A stretch of 64,000 nucleotides of DNA from the human T2T-CHM13v2.0 reference genome, Homo sapiens, in assembly GCF_009914755.1 (NCBI RefSeq), contig NC_060947.1; one strand, 5' to 3'. Below are positions 36,001 through 55,534 of the stretch, in pieces. Within the stretch, counting starts at the first letter, position 1. Each line of letters opens with the position of its first letter. The position numbers and the translations under genes were made by a program. The notes beneath the pieces were generated by a model. It did no database searches and was not told where the DNA came from. It saw only the letters and a list, made by a program, of their open reading frames with translations.

Positions 36001-36298
36001 GAGCTAGTTGGCGTGTGTTGGGGGTAGAGATAGGGGATCTCAGCTTAGGAAATAAGTCGCTTTGTGTCCAGAACCAAGGGAAAGGCTCCTTAAAGGATCC
36101 TTCTGGTTAGGACCTAGGGAACAGTCAGCAAGTTAGTCAACCAGGGGGAAGCATGAAGCCAGGGAAGTCTGAGGTTGGGCAGGGGTCCGGTGTGGTTTGT
36201 GTATCAGGGCCTGGGGGCTTGAGATGCTGGCAGGAAAAGAGGAAGTGAGATATCTTTGTTACTTCAGGTCGGACAGACCTTATTAAGAGTATGCCCTT

Positions 36299-36600
36299 GG
36301 CAGGGAGTGGTGGCTCATGCCTGTAATCCTAGCACTTTGGGAGGATGGGGAGGTCGGATCGCTTGAGCTCAGGAGTTCGAGATCAGCCTGCACAACATGA
36401 TGAAACGCCATCTCTACAAAAAATACAAAAATGAGCTGGGCATGGTGGCTTGCACCTGTGGTCCCAGCTACTCGGAAAGCTGAGGCTGGAGGATTACATG
36501 AGATGGGAAGTGGAGGTTTCAGAGAGCTGAGATTGTGCCACTGCATTCCAGCCTGGGTAACAGAGCAAGACCCTGTCTCAAAAAAAAAAAAAAAAAAAAA
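36299..36600 (+). mobile_element. AluJ inserted in a MIR (the MIR continues at 36601-36770)
   Basis: J-type Alu with an A tail, followed by ctctgtgcctcagtttcctt (MIR core). Confidence 0.92.
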
Positions 36601-37384
36601 TGTGTACCCTTGGGCGAGTCACTTTTATCTCTGTGCCTCAGTTTCCTTACCCATAGAATGTAGTCAATAACAGTACCTACCTTATAAAGCTGATGTGAGA
36701 ATTTAATGAGATAATAGGTACAAAGTGTTGTGTATAGTGTTTGGGACATAAATGCTTAATAAATGGTAGTTATTAATAGTAGTTATAATAGTAATAGAAA
36801 GCACTTAGTGCTGGCATTTAATAAAGGCTTGTCTATATGCTAGATATTATTATTTCTTACATTCATATTTACTGACTTCTTTAAGCCTTAGTGAATGAGA
36901 AAGAGCTCAGTTTGGGCCTAGAGGAGGGGCCTGGGGCTTTTCCAGGTCAGGCGGTCTAGGGTTCTGTGCTGAGCCAGGTAGACAGCAATGTGAGGACCCA
37001 GAGTTGGGATGTGGGAATACACACAAACACACCTCATCTCCTTGTATGATTTTTCTAAAGGTAGGCTCTGCACTTTGTCATGCAGTTCCTAAAGATGCGA
37101 CTACTGTTTTTGCTTCTCCTCATTGTTGGGGCAGGGGGGACTTCACTGCCTGTTGAAAAGATAGTTTCCTGGGGAATAAAGTATGGTAGGCAGAGAAGAC
37201 TGAAGCCAATCCTTACAGTGTTACCGCCTTTAATAAACACTAGGCCAATCCCCGCTGGTGTGCAAGCTATTTCCTTGCCAAAAATGAAATCTGATACCAC
37301 GTCCTCAATTTTCTGTCTTTCCAAATTTGACCAATTCTTCAAGGCTCAGTTCAATTTGTACTTCCTAAACGTACCTCACAATGA

Positions 37385-38375
<991 letters not shown>

Positions 38376-39479
38376 AGTTATCTTCCCTATTTTACAGAGA
38401 AGTCAAATGAGGCAGAAAGAGGTCAAGTTGCCGAAAACCACAGTAAATGGCTATCCAGGTTTCAAATCCAGGTAGTCTGACTACTCTTGAGCCAATGCTG
38501 TCTGTAATCACTGCTACTATTCTTGTGATAATAGTGCTATTGTTTTACTCATGTCAGACTTTTCCCTCTAAACTAGACTACAAGCTTCCTAATGGTATCA
38601 CCTGTGTCTTTCCCTTTATACAACTTACAGCACCTAGCTCTTGTATCTCTTACAGAATCTACCAGAAAATGTAAATTGTTGTCTGAAATGAGATTATCAG
38701 CAGGTGTTCATAGATTCCACATTACCCAAGGGAGGAGGGCACTATTAAAATGTCCTCCATAGTTCTGAATGTTTTCTTTCTCCTCAGTGAAACGTAGCAA
38801 CCCTTGATCAGATTCCAGACAATGGTTTGGCAACAGGGAAAATCACAAGCTGAGATGAGAAAAATACGTAGATTGCCTGAGGGCATCCCAAAGGGAAGAG
38901 ACAGTTATTAAAATTTGAAATGGCTTTGCTCCAATGTCATGATATGCCTACAGCTTGAATTAAGCAACTCCTTCACCTGAATAGAGATTATACTATTCCT
39001 TAGACTTACTATAGCTTCCATGGTTTGGACTGTTTAGTGGAAGTGAAAGGTGGCAGGGTTTATGTTTTGTTCTGTTTTCTTAAGAGATGGCTCTTGGGAG
39101 CTGAGACACAGACAATGGGTATGTTGATGAAGCATCAGTGATTCTTATCCTGGAAGAAATTAGGGCAGATATTGGGCTCTTCGTCCCCTCAGGATTATAA
39201 TGAGCCCTTTTATCACTGGAACTGATAGGACAAGGAGACTGAACAGTTCAGAGTTGTGATAAGATAAGGAAAGGAAAGAAGGTCTGTTAGGGCCCTTGTA
39301 GTGAAAGTGCATATCAGGTGCTTCTTGCCTTCAAGGTAAGTGTCAACATGATAGTGTAGAGGTTCTGTGTGTGGGTCTTGGGGTTAGACTACCTCAATTT
39401 AAATCCAGACAGTACCACTTACTAGCATATGACTTATTAGCATATTGGGAATAATATAGTATTATAATATAGCACATTG

Positions 39480-40312
39480 TCTTGATTTTTCTCCCATCCC
39501 TCTGGCTGTTCTTTCTCAGTCTCTTTGGATAATCCATCCTCACATTTCCAGCCTCTAAATATTGGAGTGCCCCAGACTTCATTTTCAGATCTCTTTTCTT
39601 TTCTCTCCACACTCACTCCTTAGTGATCTCATCTAGTTCCATAGCTTTAGATACTATGCGTATGCTGGTAACTCTCAAATCTCTATTGCCAGCCTGGACC
39701 TCTCCTCTAGACCTGTAGACCACCCAATGCCTCTACCTGGATGTCTAATAGGCATCTCCAATTCCACATGTCTAAAAGTCAACTCTGGATCTCTGTTTCA
39801 CCTCCCTCCCCGACCAGGCCTGCTCCTTTCCTACTCTTCCCCATCTCAGTAATGGACAACTCCACCCTGCCAGTTACTCAGACCAAAAAACCTGGATGAC
39901 ATTCTTCACTACTGTCTTTTGCTCACACTTCACATCTGATCTAGTTCAAAATATATACAGAATCTGACCACTTCTCATCACTGCCATCATGACCAACCTG
40001 GCCAAAACCACCATCAGCTTTTGTCTGGGTTAGTGCAATGGTCTCATAATTGGTCTCTCTGTATTTGCCCCTATCCCACTCTAGTCTATTCCCAATCAGA
40101 CACAGCACTCTTACTAAAATACAAGTTAGATCATGTACCTCTTCTGCTCAAAACCCTCCCATGGCTCCCTATCATGCTTAGAATAGAAGCCCAAATCCTT
40201 CCAACGGTCCATGAGGCCCTAAGTGATCTGTCACTCACTCCCATTACCTCTCTGACTCCATCTCCTACTTCCCTCTCCTCCCTTGGTTACTCCACTCCAG
40301 TCATACTGGCCT
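39480..40312 (+). mobile_element. L2a fragment
   Basis: ccctctggctgttctttctcagtctc...tacctggatgtctaataggcatctc...cttctgctcaaaaccctcccatggctccc. Confidence 0.85.
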
Positions 40313-40540
40313 TCACAAGGCTGAAGTTAAGGTGTCAATGTGGCTGAGCTCTTATCTGGAGGCTCTGGAGAAGAATCTGCTTCCAAGTTCATTTATGTTG
40401 TTTATAGAATTCATTTCTATAGTGAGAGCTTGGGCTCCCTTTCTTCTCCTGCACACTGCCTGAATTTCTTACTACTTGTCTCGCTCCATCTTCAAGCCAG
40501 CAATGCACATCAAATCTTCCTTGTGCTTCAGATCACTTAC

Positions 40541-43160
<2,620 letters not shown>

Positions 43161-46049
43161 CTGACATTCTCTTCTGCTACCGGTTGGAGAAAACAGTGCT
43201 TCTAAGACTCATGTGATTAGATTAGGCCTACCTGGATAATCTCTCTGAATACTAACCTTCATTACATCTGCAGAATCCCTTTTGCCACATAATACAACAC
43301 AATCACAAGTGTGGTATCTCTTCATATTAATAGTCTTGAGTATTAGAGTGGGGAATCTAGGGGGAGCATTTTAGGGTTTTGCCTACTATAGTGATATTCA
43401 GACTGTTTAAAAAACCAATCAATCCAAATGTAGGCCAGTTTTGGTGCTGGAGCAGGGTCCTAGATTCTAGCAGCTGTTCCAAATGTTACCCTTTACTTGC
43501 TGGATTGTCGGGAGGTCTGGGTATGTCATAGAAGGAACAGCTGGAGTGGCACCTATTTACCAACTGGTATGGAAGTGTTTCAATATTTTAACAGTTGAGT
43601 AGCCATATCAGTGCATAGCAGTTGGTTATCAGTCCTGCTGATAGAGAGTTAAAATCATGGTATTGTGTGTGAAGTGCTGCTTTGAGAGTCTCTGCTTTGA
43701 AAGTCTCTGCTTTGAGAATCTGAGGTTGGTCCTAGATGACTGGGGGTGGGTGGGGAGACCACCTGCCCTTCTTGGCACTTAGATGGTATGCAACAGCCCT
43801 CTCTAGTCTTGCCTGCTATCTTGTGTTGCCAGGTTTGTTTGGAAGAATGTCGTCATTTGCATGAATGTGTTCTGCAGTGGAAGAGTCCATTCATCATCTG
43901 GGCCTCCAAATGCTGCCACCCTAAGGGAGACAACCAATTATGTATATTTGGACTCTCCCCAAGCCATCCAGCAGCTGTGGCTCAGTGAAGCAAGTGCTGT
44001 TTACTTATTTTCAGCACTAAAGCAAATACTCCATAGCAGCCAAAGAAACCAAGGGTTCTTACTAACTTGCTGAATGAGGCTTTATCACAGACCATTATGA
44101 GCACTATGTTTTGGGAGGACTAATCTCAGGCAACAGAGATGGCCATTGTGGGTGGGTAGGGGGTAGGAATAGGGCCTAAGGTAATGAACTTTGTGGGATT
44201 GATCTTATCTCTTCCACCTAATATTTTTTAACGGATGAATCTGATTAAAATGGCACTGAGGGCAGCTTTGGTTGATGGAGCTTGTGCCTATACATCAGGG
44301 ACAGCAGTGACAAGGTAGATGTATTTTAAAAAGTGTCATTGAGAGTAATAAGGAGATTGAGGGAGATATAAGAATAAAAGGAGAAGTAAATCACTGCTAA
44401 TTGTCAATAACAATAATATACAATATGGCCAGCTTCACCTGCTGATGCTGGGACCACAGAGCACAGGCCTGGAGTGATTCCTGCTTCACTGTATCTTAAG
44501 AATAACTCTATACACTACTGAGGTGGAGCCTCCTATGACATGGAAATACAAATTGCTACAGAGCCATATATTCACATCACCAGCATCTCTGAATCCTGCA
44601 TGGAACATTGATAAAGAGCTTAACCCTTCAAGGGATTGGTATTACCTGATGTTCTTGAGGACTGTCCTAGAATGTACACAAAACAGATTCACAGTGAGGC
44701 ATGTTGACAACTCAGTCCCTACCTAGACTGAATCAGCCTGTGATACCTTTTAAAATAGGAGAAATTTGTCTTCAGTGGTTTCCCTTTCTGTAACCTTTCT
44801 CCCTATATCAAGGACCTTGTAAAAATTACATTCAGTACTGAAGCAGAGATGTTGCAAATGAAATTAAATCTACTTTCTGGCCCTTACCACTTAAGCAGAT
44901 CCAGGTATTTTTGGAATCAGGTTGTCCAATATCATGATCCCACTGGATCCATTTCCAAATGGTAAAAACACACTCCCGTGGGATCCAAAAGCAGTAAAGA
45001 TATTATTCAGAATGGTTGGCCATGACTTCAGATTTATGAGATGGTATAGACTCCATTTAGGCCATCTACCGTTGGCTCCCTCCCAAGCCAATGTGTTTTC
45101 TTTGGGTGCAGCAGTAGGTGGCATTAAAACAAAACTTACTACCAGCAGGTGGTGATGGGAGCTGGAGTTGATTATTTTCGCCCTTCCTAGAAAATGTCAC
45201 TGAGCTCAGTGAGAAGGACCACAGCCCTGCATTAGGTGACAAGAAAATCTCTCCCTTTTCTACTGTCACAAGGAAAAATCAGCTATCAGACACCCAGTGA
45301 GAAAATTACAAATGCCTTTGCATGAATATTGCCATCTTTGGCAGGGGTGAAGGATAGAATGCCAAGCAGAGGGGATGGAAAAGTCAATTCCTGAGATTCC
45401 ATGCCTGCCCCTGCCCCCTTATAGAGATAGACTAGGAGTGAACATAAATCATTTTAGAGTTCTTGGCCTAGTTGTTTGAATGAGGGGGAATGAGTGAATG
45501 GAACTGAACTATATTGAATTTCAAATGCAACAGAAAAACAGAATTTCAGAGCTAGAAAGGACCTTGTGAGCCTATCTTGTTAATCTGTAGGCACCCGGAC
45601 ACATAGGATGTCAGAGCTAGCAAGGATATTAAAAACCATTGATTTCAATACCCTCACTTTTGGATGATGACATTGAGGCTCAAGAGGGAAAAGTAAGTTA
45701 CTAAAGACATGCAGTTATAAACCACAGAACCATGATTAGAGTCCCTGGTTTATTAACTTCAAATCTTTTTTTCCACTACACTCCTCTCCCTTCTCTACCA
45801 CCTAGATACCTAATATCTAAACTATCCTAGCAGACAATTTTATATCCTAATTTTTTAAACTCTCCAATAACAGAAATTCTATAGACCCACCTGTGAGAAT
45901 ATATTTATTTCATTGCCATTTATAGTTAGGAATTTCTCCCAAATAGGTAACTCAAAAGCCTCCTACTCCATTCCTTTTTGGTTCTGTCCTTAGTGGAAAT
46001 GGATCACAGACGTTCACTATTAACAATAACATTTAAGACATGGACAATG

Positions 46050-46135
46050 TGCATGTATGGGTATGTGTGTGTGTGTGTGCATATATATATATGCACATAC
46101 ACATATACATACATATATATATCTATGTATATGTA
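46050..46135. repeat. (TG)n/(TA)n/(CATA)n alternating purine-pyrimidine tract
   Basis: Read directly from the sequence. Confidence 0.85.
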
Positions 46136-46642
46136 ACAAGTAATTTGAGCTTCTTTTCTATAGGCTAAATAACTCCTCAGTGGCAAACCAAATCTGAGAA
46201 ATAGCATCTAGAAAGGAAAACAAGACGTGGGTTTATTTATTTTGTACTTTCTCTGCTACAGCAAAAACTTTGAGCAACAGACTGATCCAGAGGGGGTAAT
46301 CTAGCATTATAGTAAGAACTACACATCCAAATTTACTAATGCCCAACTAAATCAGACCTCAGGTAATGAGGACTCCTTTGCCAAAACTCAATTTCTAGGA
46401 ATTATATGCAGATTAAAATAAAATAAGCTAAGGTTAGATATCTACTTTGACATAAAAAACCAGGGCAGGGACTAAATTGATCCTGTATCCTACACTTTCA
46501 CTATTTCTAGTCTAGGGTAATAAACACTGCTGATCTAAATGGTAACATGATGGTGCAAAAAAATTCAGCAATGGACTGTACTTAGGAGTGCCTTGCAATG
46601 GAGTGCAGTTACTTATATATACTTGATTAAAAAATAGCCACT

Positions 46643-46770
46643 GGCTGGGTGCAGTGGCTGATGCCTGTAATCCCAGCACTTAGGGAGGCTGAGGTGGGAG
46701 GATCACTTGAGGCCAGGAGTTTCAGACCAGCCTGGGCAACATATCAGGAGCCCATCTCTATTTTTTAAAA
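46643..46770 (+). mobile_element. FLAM / Alu left monomer
   Basis: Single monomer ggctgggtgcagtggct...cccatctcta. Confidence 0.85.
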
Positions 46771-47194
46771 TAGGAAAAAACGTAGCCCCCTCCCCTCTCT
46801 GTCTCTCTCTCAGAAGACCATCCTTGTCAATGGGATTCTTAGTTTTCAGAGGGAGATGTTTGTAGTGAATAGGGAGATAGGGCTCTCTTGCCTAGAGAAC
46901 CAGATCAGCTGAATTAACCCTGGAGATGAGTGAGGTGACACGTTGTAGCCAAATTGTGCTCAAACCCTGAGTTTTCCACTGAGGCAAGAAAATTGATTCT
47001 GAAATTTAGAAATATTTTCAATAAGTAGCTAGAAAATCTTATTCACTCGAATAACTTAGATGATGAAGAGTCTATAGACTAAGAGTCCAACCTGAATTGC
47101 ATTGGAAAGAAATAATTCAGTCTAACAACTAGGAAAGCTAATGTAAATTAATTGAGGCAGACGAACTCTTTCATTGAGCTTCTAATGAACTCTA

Positions 47195-47476
<282 letters not shown>

Positions 47477-47840
47477 TTAATTCTTTAAGAAGAGCAAGAA
47501 AAGAGAGAGAAAATGTAAGGTGATCTGCTTAACGAAGGGGCTGCCAGATCTGTGACAGATAAACTGGTGATCTCACATATTTTGGGCTCTTCCCTAACAC
47601 AGACTGACCATCCATGTCCATTTGTTTGTTTGTTTCCACTTCTATGTCTTATGCTTTGCTTTTCTACCTGAAATACCATTCCCTCTTCTCAGTGTATGCA
47701 TAGCCTAAAATTTTTCAAGGCTTATTTCAAGAGCTATTTCCTCTACCAAACTTTGTCTTTTGTCTTCAGACCATGTTATTTTTTTACCATTCTAATTATG
47801 CAGAGGCAATACATGCAGTGGTTAAGAATATGGTGCTTGA

Positions 47841-48037
47841 GGCCAGGAGTGGTGGCTCACGCTTGTAATCCCAGCACTTTGGGAGGCCGAGGCGGGTGGA
47901 TCACAAGGTCAGGAGATCGAGACCATCCTGGCTAATACGGTGAAACCCCGTCTCTACTAAAAATACAAAAAATTAGCCGGGCATGGTGGCGGGCGCCTGT
48001 AGTCCCAGCTACTCGGGAGGCTGAGGCAGGAGAATGG
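47841..48037 (+). mobile_element. AluY, 3'-truncated, without a poly(A) tail
   Basis: AluY diagnostics (gagatcgagaccatcctggctaa, gcgggcgcctgtagtccc). It stops at ggagaatgg. The direct repeat ATGGTGCTTG lies at 47830-47839 and 48034-48043. Confidence 0.92.
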
Positions 48038-48789
48038 TGCTTGGGTTAGATTGCACTGGGTTAGGATCTCAGTTCTGGCATTTGCTGGCTGAGTGAACAT
48101 GAGAACAAATTACCATTTCTGATACTTCTTTTGTGGCTCTCACAGGACCCAGATAACTCTAAACTGCATGGAGGAGCTTGAGGATTCTCAAATTAACACT
48201 TTATACAGATAATTGTTAATGATATATTAACCAACTGTTATTGAGGCTTTTGAGAACTCAACTATTATTGAGAACTTATAAGCATGTTAGGTACTTTTAC
48301 ATACATACATTATCATTATGATCCTTGTAAAATTTTATTGTTACTGATGACGAAACAGAGATTCAGAGACTGAATGACTTGCCCAAGGACACCTTACTAG
48401 TATGTTTTGAGCCAGATCTCAAATCTAGGTCTGTCTGCCCTTCCAAAACCACTATATTGATGGCTTCTCAAATTATTATTTCCTCTCTTAGACTTCACAT
48501 CCAAACATGTAACTGCAATGATATCCTTTTGGTGTCTAGGGTTTCTTTTGCTTTATATTCAGAAATCTGAATACAGCAATAAAATGCAGCCAGTTCGTGG
48601 GTGGCAGAGATTAGCCATTGCCCAAGCCTATGGAAACCATGCAGAACATAAGAAATGCTACTTTAAGAATGGATGCATTTTTCAGTGTGCTCAAAATGTG
48701 TCGTTCTTAATGAGCACAATGTATTTTGAGAGTCTTAGGGATTTGTTCTTCGGTTCATTTTAGAGGTGGGTGAGAGGTACTTTAAGGAG

Positions 48790-49120
48790 TCCCTCTGTCT
48801 GAAAGTGCTCTGCCCCCTGATCTTTACACAGCTGCCTTCTTATCATCAAGGTCTCAGCTCAAATGTCACTTCTTCAGAGAGGCTTTTCTTGGTTGCTCTA
48901 CCTAATGTAGCTCCATCAGTTTTTCTCTATCCTATTGTCTTGTTTAATTTTCTTTGTAGCACTTGAAGCTTCATAAAATTATATTAGGTAATTTTTGGTT
49001 TAAATGGTTATTTTCCGTCCCTCTCTACTATAATGTAAGCTCTATGGAGGCAGAGACATAGCTGCTAGGTAGCTGGCACATAATAGGGACTAAATGACAT
49101 TTATTGAAGAAATGAATGAA
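48790..49120 (+). mobile_element. L2 3' end
   Basis: aggtctcagctcaaatgtcacttcttcagagaggc...aatgtaagctc...tttattgaagaaatgaatgaa. Confidence 0.7.
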
Positions 49121-50122
49121 TATATGAAAACTATTACTATTACTGTTATCATTAGATTAAAGTGGAGAAGATTCCAATCCCATTGACAATTTTGCAGTCA
49201 GTAGGCTGCACAAAAAGGGCTAGTTTATTTTGTTTAAGGCTGTGCTCTCCACTGGCCTGACTCTCAAGGGCCCTTTTCAGGGCTGCCTGGGCAATGTGCA
49301 CATGGCCCTTCTCAACTTGCTAAGTGGCTCTTCTCTGATTATCATAGATAAATTCCATGATCTTTTCAGCATCACGCTGCTAGAGAGCTAGCCTAAAAGG
49401 AATAAATTTGCTTTTTGTTTGGTGAAAGTAAATGCCAGCTGGTGAAGCAGTTGAGAATCAAAAGTAAGATGAGAGTCTGGAGTTCAGGGGCCAGGGCACA
49501 AGAACCAGACAATATGGCAAGTCAGACCTATCACAGGATCTAAATTTTCAGGAGACTCTACCAGCCAGGGCCAGGCAATACAATGCATCGCAGAACCAGG
49601 CAGAGGGTTGAAAAATGAGGAAGACATGGGGCTAAGTAATCTGGCCCCTGCTAGGAGGGCACAGTCAACACCTGATGATGCCTATTAGATACCAGAAATC
49701 AGGCAGGCAGGAGGCCAGCAGTAAATAGCACAAGCAGCTAGCACAGCTGCTAGGTAACAGAAGCCAGGGCAGATTGTAGTTCAGAATTTTAAAGAGCAGC
49801 TGCAGTGAGTAGGAATGTCATTCTGAGGAACCAGAGTCCCTGGAAGCTGAATGACCTTGAACACAGAATGCATTCAGTAAGTGTTTGTTGATTTCCTGAC
49901 AGACAATAAGGCCACAAACTAGGGCAAATATGTAATCAATATGTTGGTAGAGTCTTAGTTAATTGGTTGCTTCTCCTGAATAGATGTTACCTTCACCTCT
50001 ACCCCTACAACAATTAAAATTGCAATGGCTTATGCTTGAGGATAGAGTTTATTGCTAGTTGTTCCACTGACAGATACAAACGTTCCCTAAAAGTAAAAGT
50101 CTGAGCATTTAAAATCTTCGCT

Positions 50123-50475
<353 letters not shown>

Positions 50476-52029
50476 TGCCTTCAACTCTGCTGATATTCTA
50501 GTCAGGGAAACGTTATGGATAAAATTGTACAACAGGGGAAAATGGGGAGGGATAGGAAAGATCATTCCTCCGTTTTGGTGGTTGGTAGTGAGAATGTCCT
50601 CAACATGTTCCTCAAAATATTACAGTGTGGTCCGGTCATCAGGAGAAGCTGGCCTGCTGAAAAGCATGCCCAGGTAAAATGAGGGACTGTCATGTGAGGT
50701 GGAAAAGAATATTCTGGTGAGACATCTGCTGGAGGTTCTGTGGCTTCTAGACTCGGTTTAATACACAGGGAAAGGGCCACCACTGGTGGTGGTGGGGGTG
50801 TACTACTTGGTGCTGGGTCTATAATAAAGTCATCACAGGGATGGAAAGACTTGTTGACAAACCATGGAATCTTAATAACAAAGGACTATCTTTTCAATTT
50901 TAAAGAGGGATTATTTTAGAAAAAAGCAACTAGTCCATTTTTATTTAGCAGAGAGTAAACAAACATATGGAACTTGCTAGCTCAAGAAGAGGCATAGACT
51001 GAAGATACAAAGATTCAAGAAAACTTGATATTAAATGCACAGAAGACAAATCCATAACAGGTGGTTAAGGGAGAACTTGCACATGTTGGGAGCCATCCAC
51101 AAATAGATCACAAAGCTAAGAGGGGTAAAGTAGAACAGAGATGGGAACTCAGTCCTCTGAATATTTGCCGAAAGTCTCATCTTTGAGATGAGGAATTACC
51201 CTTTCAAAAAGTAGAAAGAGTATGGAGAGGATTTACTTCTCTGGACCTAATTCAGACCAACAAAGAAGAACTAGAGGGTGAACTCGAAGTTAAAGGCTTG
51301 TTGGGAGAAAGCAGGGACATCATCCTATATTTCCCAAGTTGTATGTTGATAGCCTAAATGGAGCAAAAGCTGTAATCCCAACACAGGTGACCCTTTGGTA
51401 TCACCCTTACCCATTCCACAGTTCCCTGGACCTGCTATTTCTCATTCCACTATGCCTTTGACAAGCTCCTGTCTCTGGATAGGATACCCTCACCTTGCCC
51501 CAACCTCTAGCTTCTACTTCTTTCCTTTCTCCTTTTCTGTCTAATTCTTGTTTGACCTTTGAGGCTCAGTTGAAGCCCCACCTCCTCTAGAAGCCTGCCC
51601 CAACTCCTTTCCTACAAGGCTGGGTTAGATGCTCCTCTTTTTTGCTCCCATAGCACCCAAGCCTTGTTCCATAAATGCACAAATCACACTGTAGAGGCAA
51701 TAGAGGAGAGTGCCTAAGCGAGAACTTTAGACCCCGCCATTTATTAAATGACATTGGGAAAGTTACATAGCCTCTTTCAACTTCAAGTTTTCCTCATCTC
51801 AAAAATGATTCTTGGTAAGATAAATACTAATTGCTAACATTTATTGTGCTCTTACTATATGCCAAGCATTGTGCTAAGTGCTTTGCATATACAGTTGTCC
51901 CTCGATATCTGCAAAGGGTTGGTTCCAGGACCTCCTACAGATACCCAAATCCATGGGTGCTCAAGTTCCTTATATAAAATGGCATAGTGTTTATGTATAA
52001 CGTAAGCACATATCCTCCCATATACTTTT

Positions 52030-52685
<656 letters not shown>

Positions 52686-54027
52686 TAGATTACTTATGAT
52701 AGCTAATACAATGAGAATGCCATGTAAATGGCTATATTTATATTTATAGCATGTAAATGCTATATTGTATTATTTAGAGAATAATGACAGGAAAAAAAGT
52801 CTGTACATATTCAGTACAGATGCAACCATTCATTTTTTAAAAAATATTTTTGATCCACGGATGATTGAATCCATGGATGCAAAAGACATAGATATGAAGG
52901 GTTGACTATATTATATTTGGCTATACGTCTATAAAGTAGAGACTATTGTTCTTCTATTTTTCAGATGAGATACTGAGGCACAGAGTGGTCACACAGGCAG
53001 GCAGTATCAGAGGTAGAGTTTGTACCCAGCTCTTTTGACTCTGAAGCCCACACACATAGCCTTATAACTGTATCACCTAAGATACTGCATGTAAAGTGCT
53101 CAGCACTTTAAAGTACTTTGCATATGGTAAGCATTAATAATAGCAGCTATTCTAATTGTTCATTTGCGTTCCCCATTAGACTATGAACTTCTTAAAGATA
53201 AGGATTCCATCTTCCTTGGTATCCTCATTGCCTGGTACATAGGAATTGTTGAAGAAATGTTTATTGAAGGAGTCTATAAAAGATGACAGGAGAAACACAT
53301 AACCAAGAAAAGTACAAACGAGTAGCAGCATCCTGTGATAATAGCATCAGGAAGGATATGGACTGGAATTAGGAGGAAAAGCCAGAGATAACCAATAAGA
53401 ACCTTTATGACCTGACCAGAACAAAAAGAAGAGTGTTTGATGGGAACTACGTGTGTATCCATGTTAACAAGATAGGAAAATATTGGCTGAATGATGGGTG
53501 GAGAAATCACCACTGATTAAGTAGAAGTAGCTGCAAATGAATGGTAATAGCCTTGAAGGAGGTCACAGTGGCCTGCTAGGTCATGGCTCTGTCCTTTTTC
53601 GCTTTTCGTGTGTTCATGATTATTGCAGCTGTATACAACAAATCTTACGTACCTTTACAAAACCAGTCTTACACCTGTATCCCTAGGTAAAAGTACAGAC
53701 TGGAGCTTGTATGCCTAGATTGAAATCCTGTCTTTGCTACTTACCATCTATGCAACTCGGGACAGCCTGATTAACTGCGTTGTACTCTAGTTTCCCTATC
53801 TGTAAAATGGATAATAACAACACTGTCTACCTGATAGCATGGCAGTGAGGATTACATGAGTTAATTCACGAAAAGCTGATTTGTAATAGTGCCTGTTCCT
53901 AGCACGCAGTAAATATTGATTATTTTCATTATTATTATTAAACGTTCCACCTTGTTATTTTACATTCCTTTGTCTTTATAGATTATTATTCATTTGAATG
54001 TCTAATTGTACATAGTTGCAATCATAG

Positions 54028-54345
<318 letters not shown>

Positions 54346-54351
54346 GGGATT

Positions 54352-54373
54352 GATCTATTGATCTATCTATAGC

Positions 54374-54418
<45 letters not shown>

Positions 54419-54492
54419 GTGTGTGTGTATATATGTATGTGTGTATATATATATATTTTATATATATATGTATATATATATATATGTATATT
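54352..54492. repeat. (TCTA)n(TG)n(TA)n compound microsatellite
   Basis: Read directly from the sequence. It forms the tail region of the adjacent Alu. Confidence 0.93.
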
Positions 54493-54791
<299 letters not shown>

Positions 54792-55274
54792 TAAAAATTT
54801 ACACATTTTGGGTTTAGAAACTTTTTTATGTATATACAGAGTCTTCATGTGTATCATTTTAATAGCTGCCCAATATTCCACCCAGCAAATACCAAGCCTG
54901 CCTGACAGTTTTTTCAACGCTTTGGATGGAAATCGATGGCATGCTTCTTAGATCTTCAGATGACACAAGACTAGAGGGAAAGCTAATAAACTGGATGACA
55001 GGATAAAGACTCAGAAAGACTTCAACACCTTGGAGCAAGGGGCTGGAACTAATAAGATGAAATATATAGGGATCAATGTAGAGCTTTGCTCTTGGGCCAA
55101 GTGCCCAAGTACAGGATGAGAGAGGTAGGAGAAAGGCCAAGGGTTTTTGCTGAAAGCAAGCTCAAAGTGGATCAGTAGAGTGACAGAGTTGGCCAGATAC
55201 TCCAGTCATCCTGGGGGGGCAGGGTGGGCAGAAGCAGAAGTAGATTATCTATAATTAAAGACAAGATTACTCTT

Positions 55275-55500
55275 AGGCCCATGTATGTTGCTGCAAATGG
55301 CTTGCACATAAAACTGGTGAAATCTGAATGAGGCCACTGGATTTTATCAGTGTTGATTTCCTGGTTGTGATAATGTACTACAGCTATGCAAGATGTTATG
55401 CCTGGGAAAAATGGGTGAAGGATTTACAGATTTCTTTCTCTATTATTTCTTCCGATTACAATGTAACTACAATTATCTCCAAATAAAAAGCTTAAAAAGA
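55275..55500 (+). mobile_element. L1ME-like 3' fragment
   Basis: aactggtgaaatctgaatgagg...gatttcctggttgtgataatgtactacagctatgcaagatgtta...ctacaattatctccaaataaaaag. Confidence 0.65.
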
Positions 55501-55534
55501 TAGGATTGCTTTTGGACGTCATCTTTGTCTTTTC

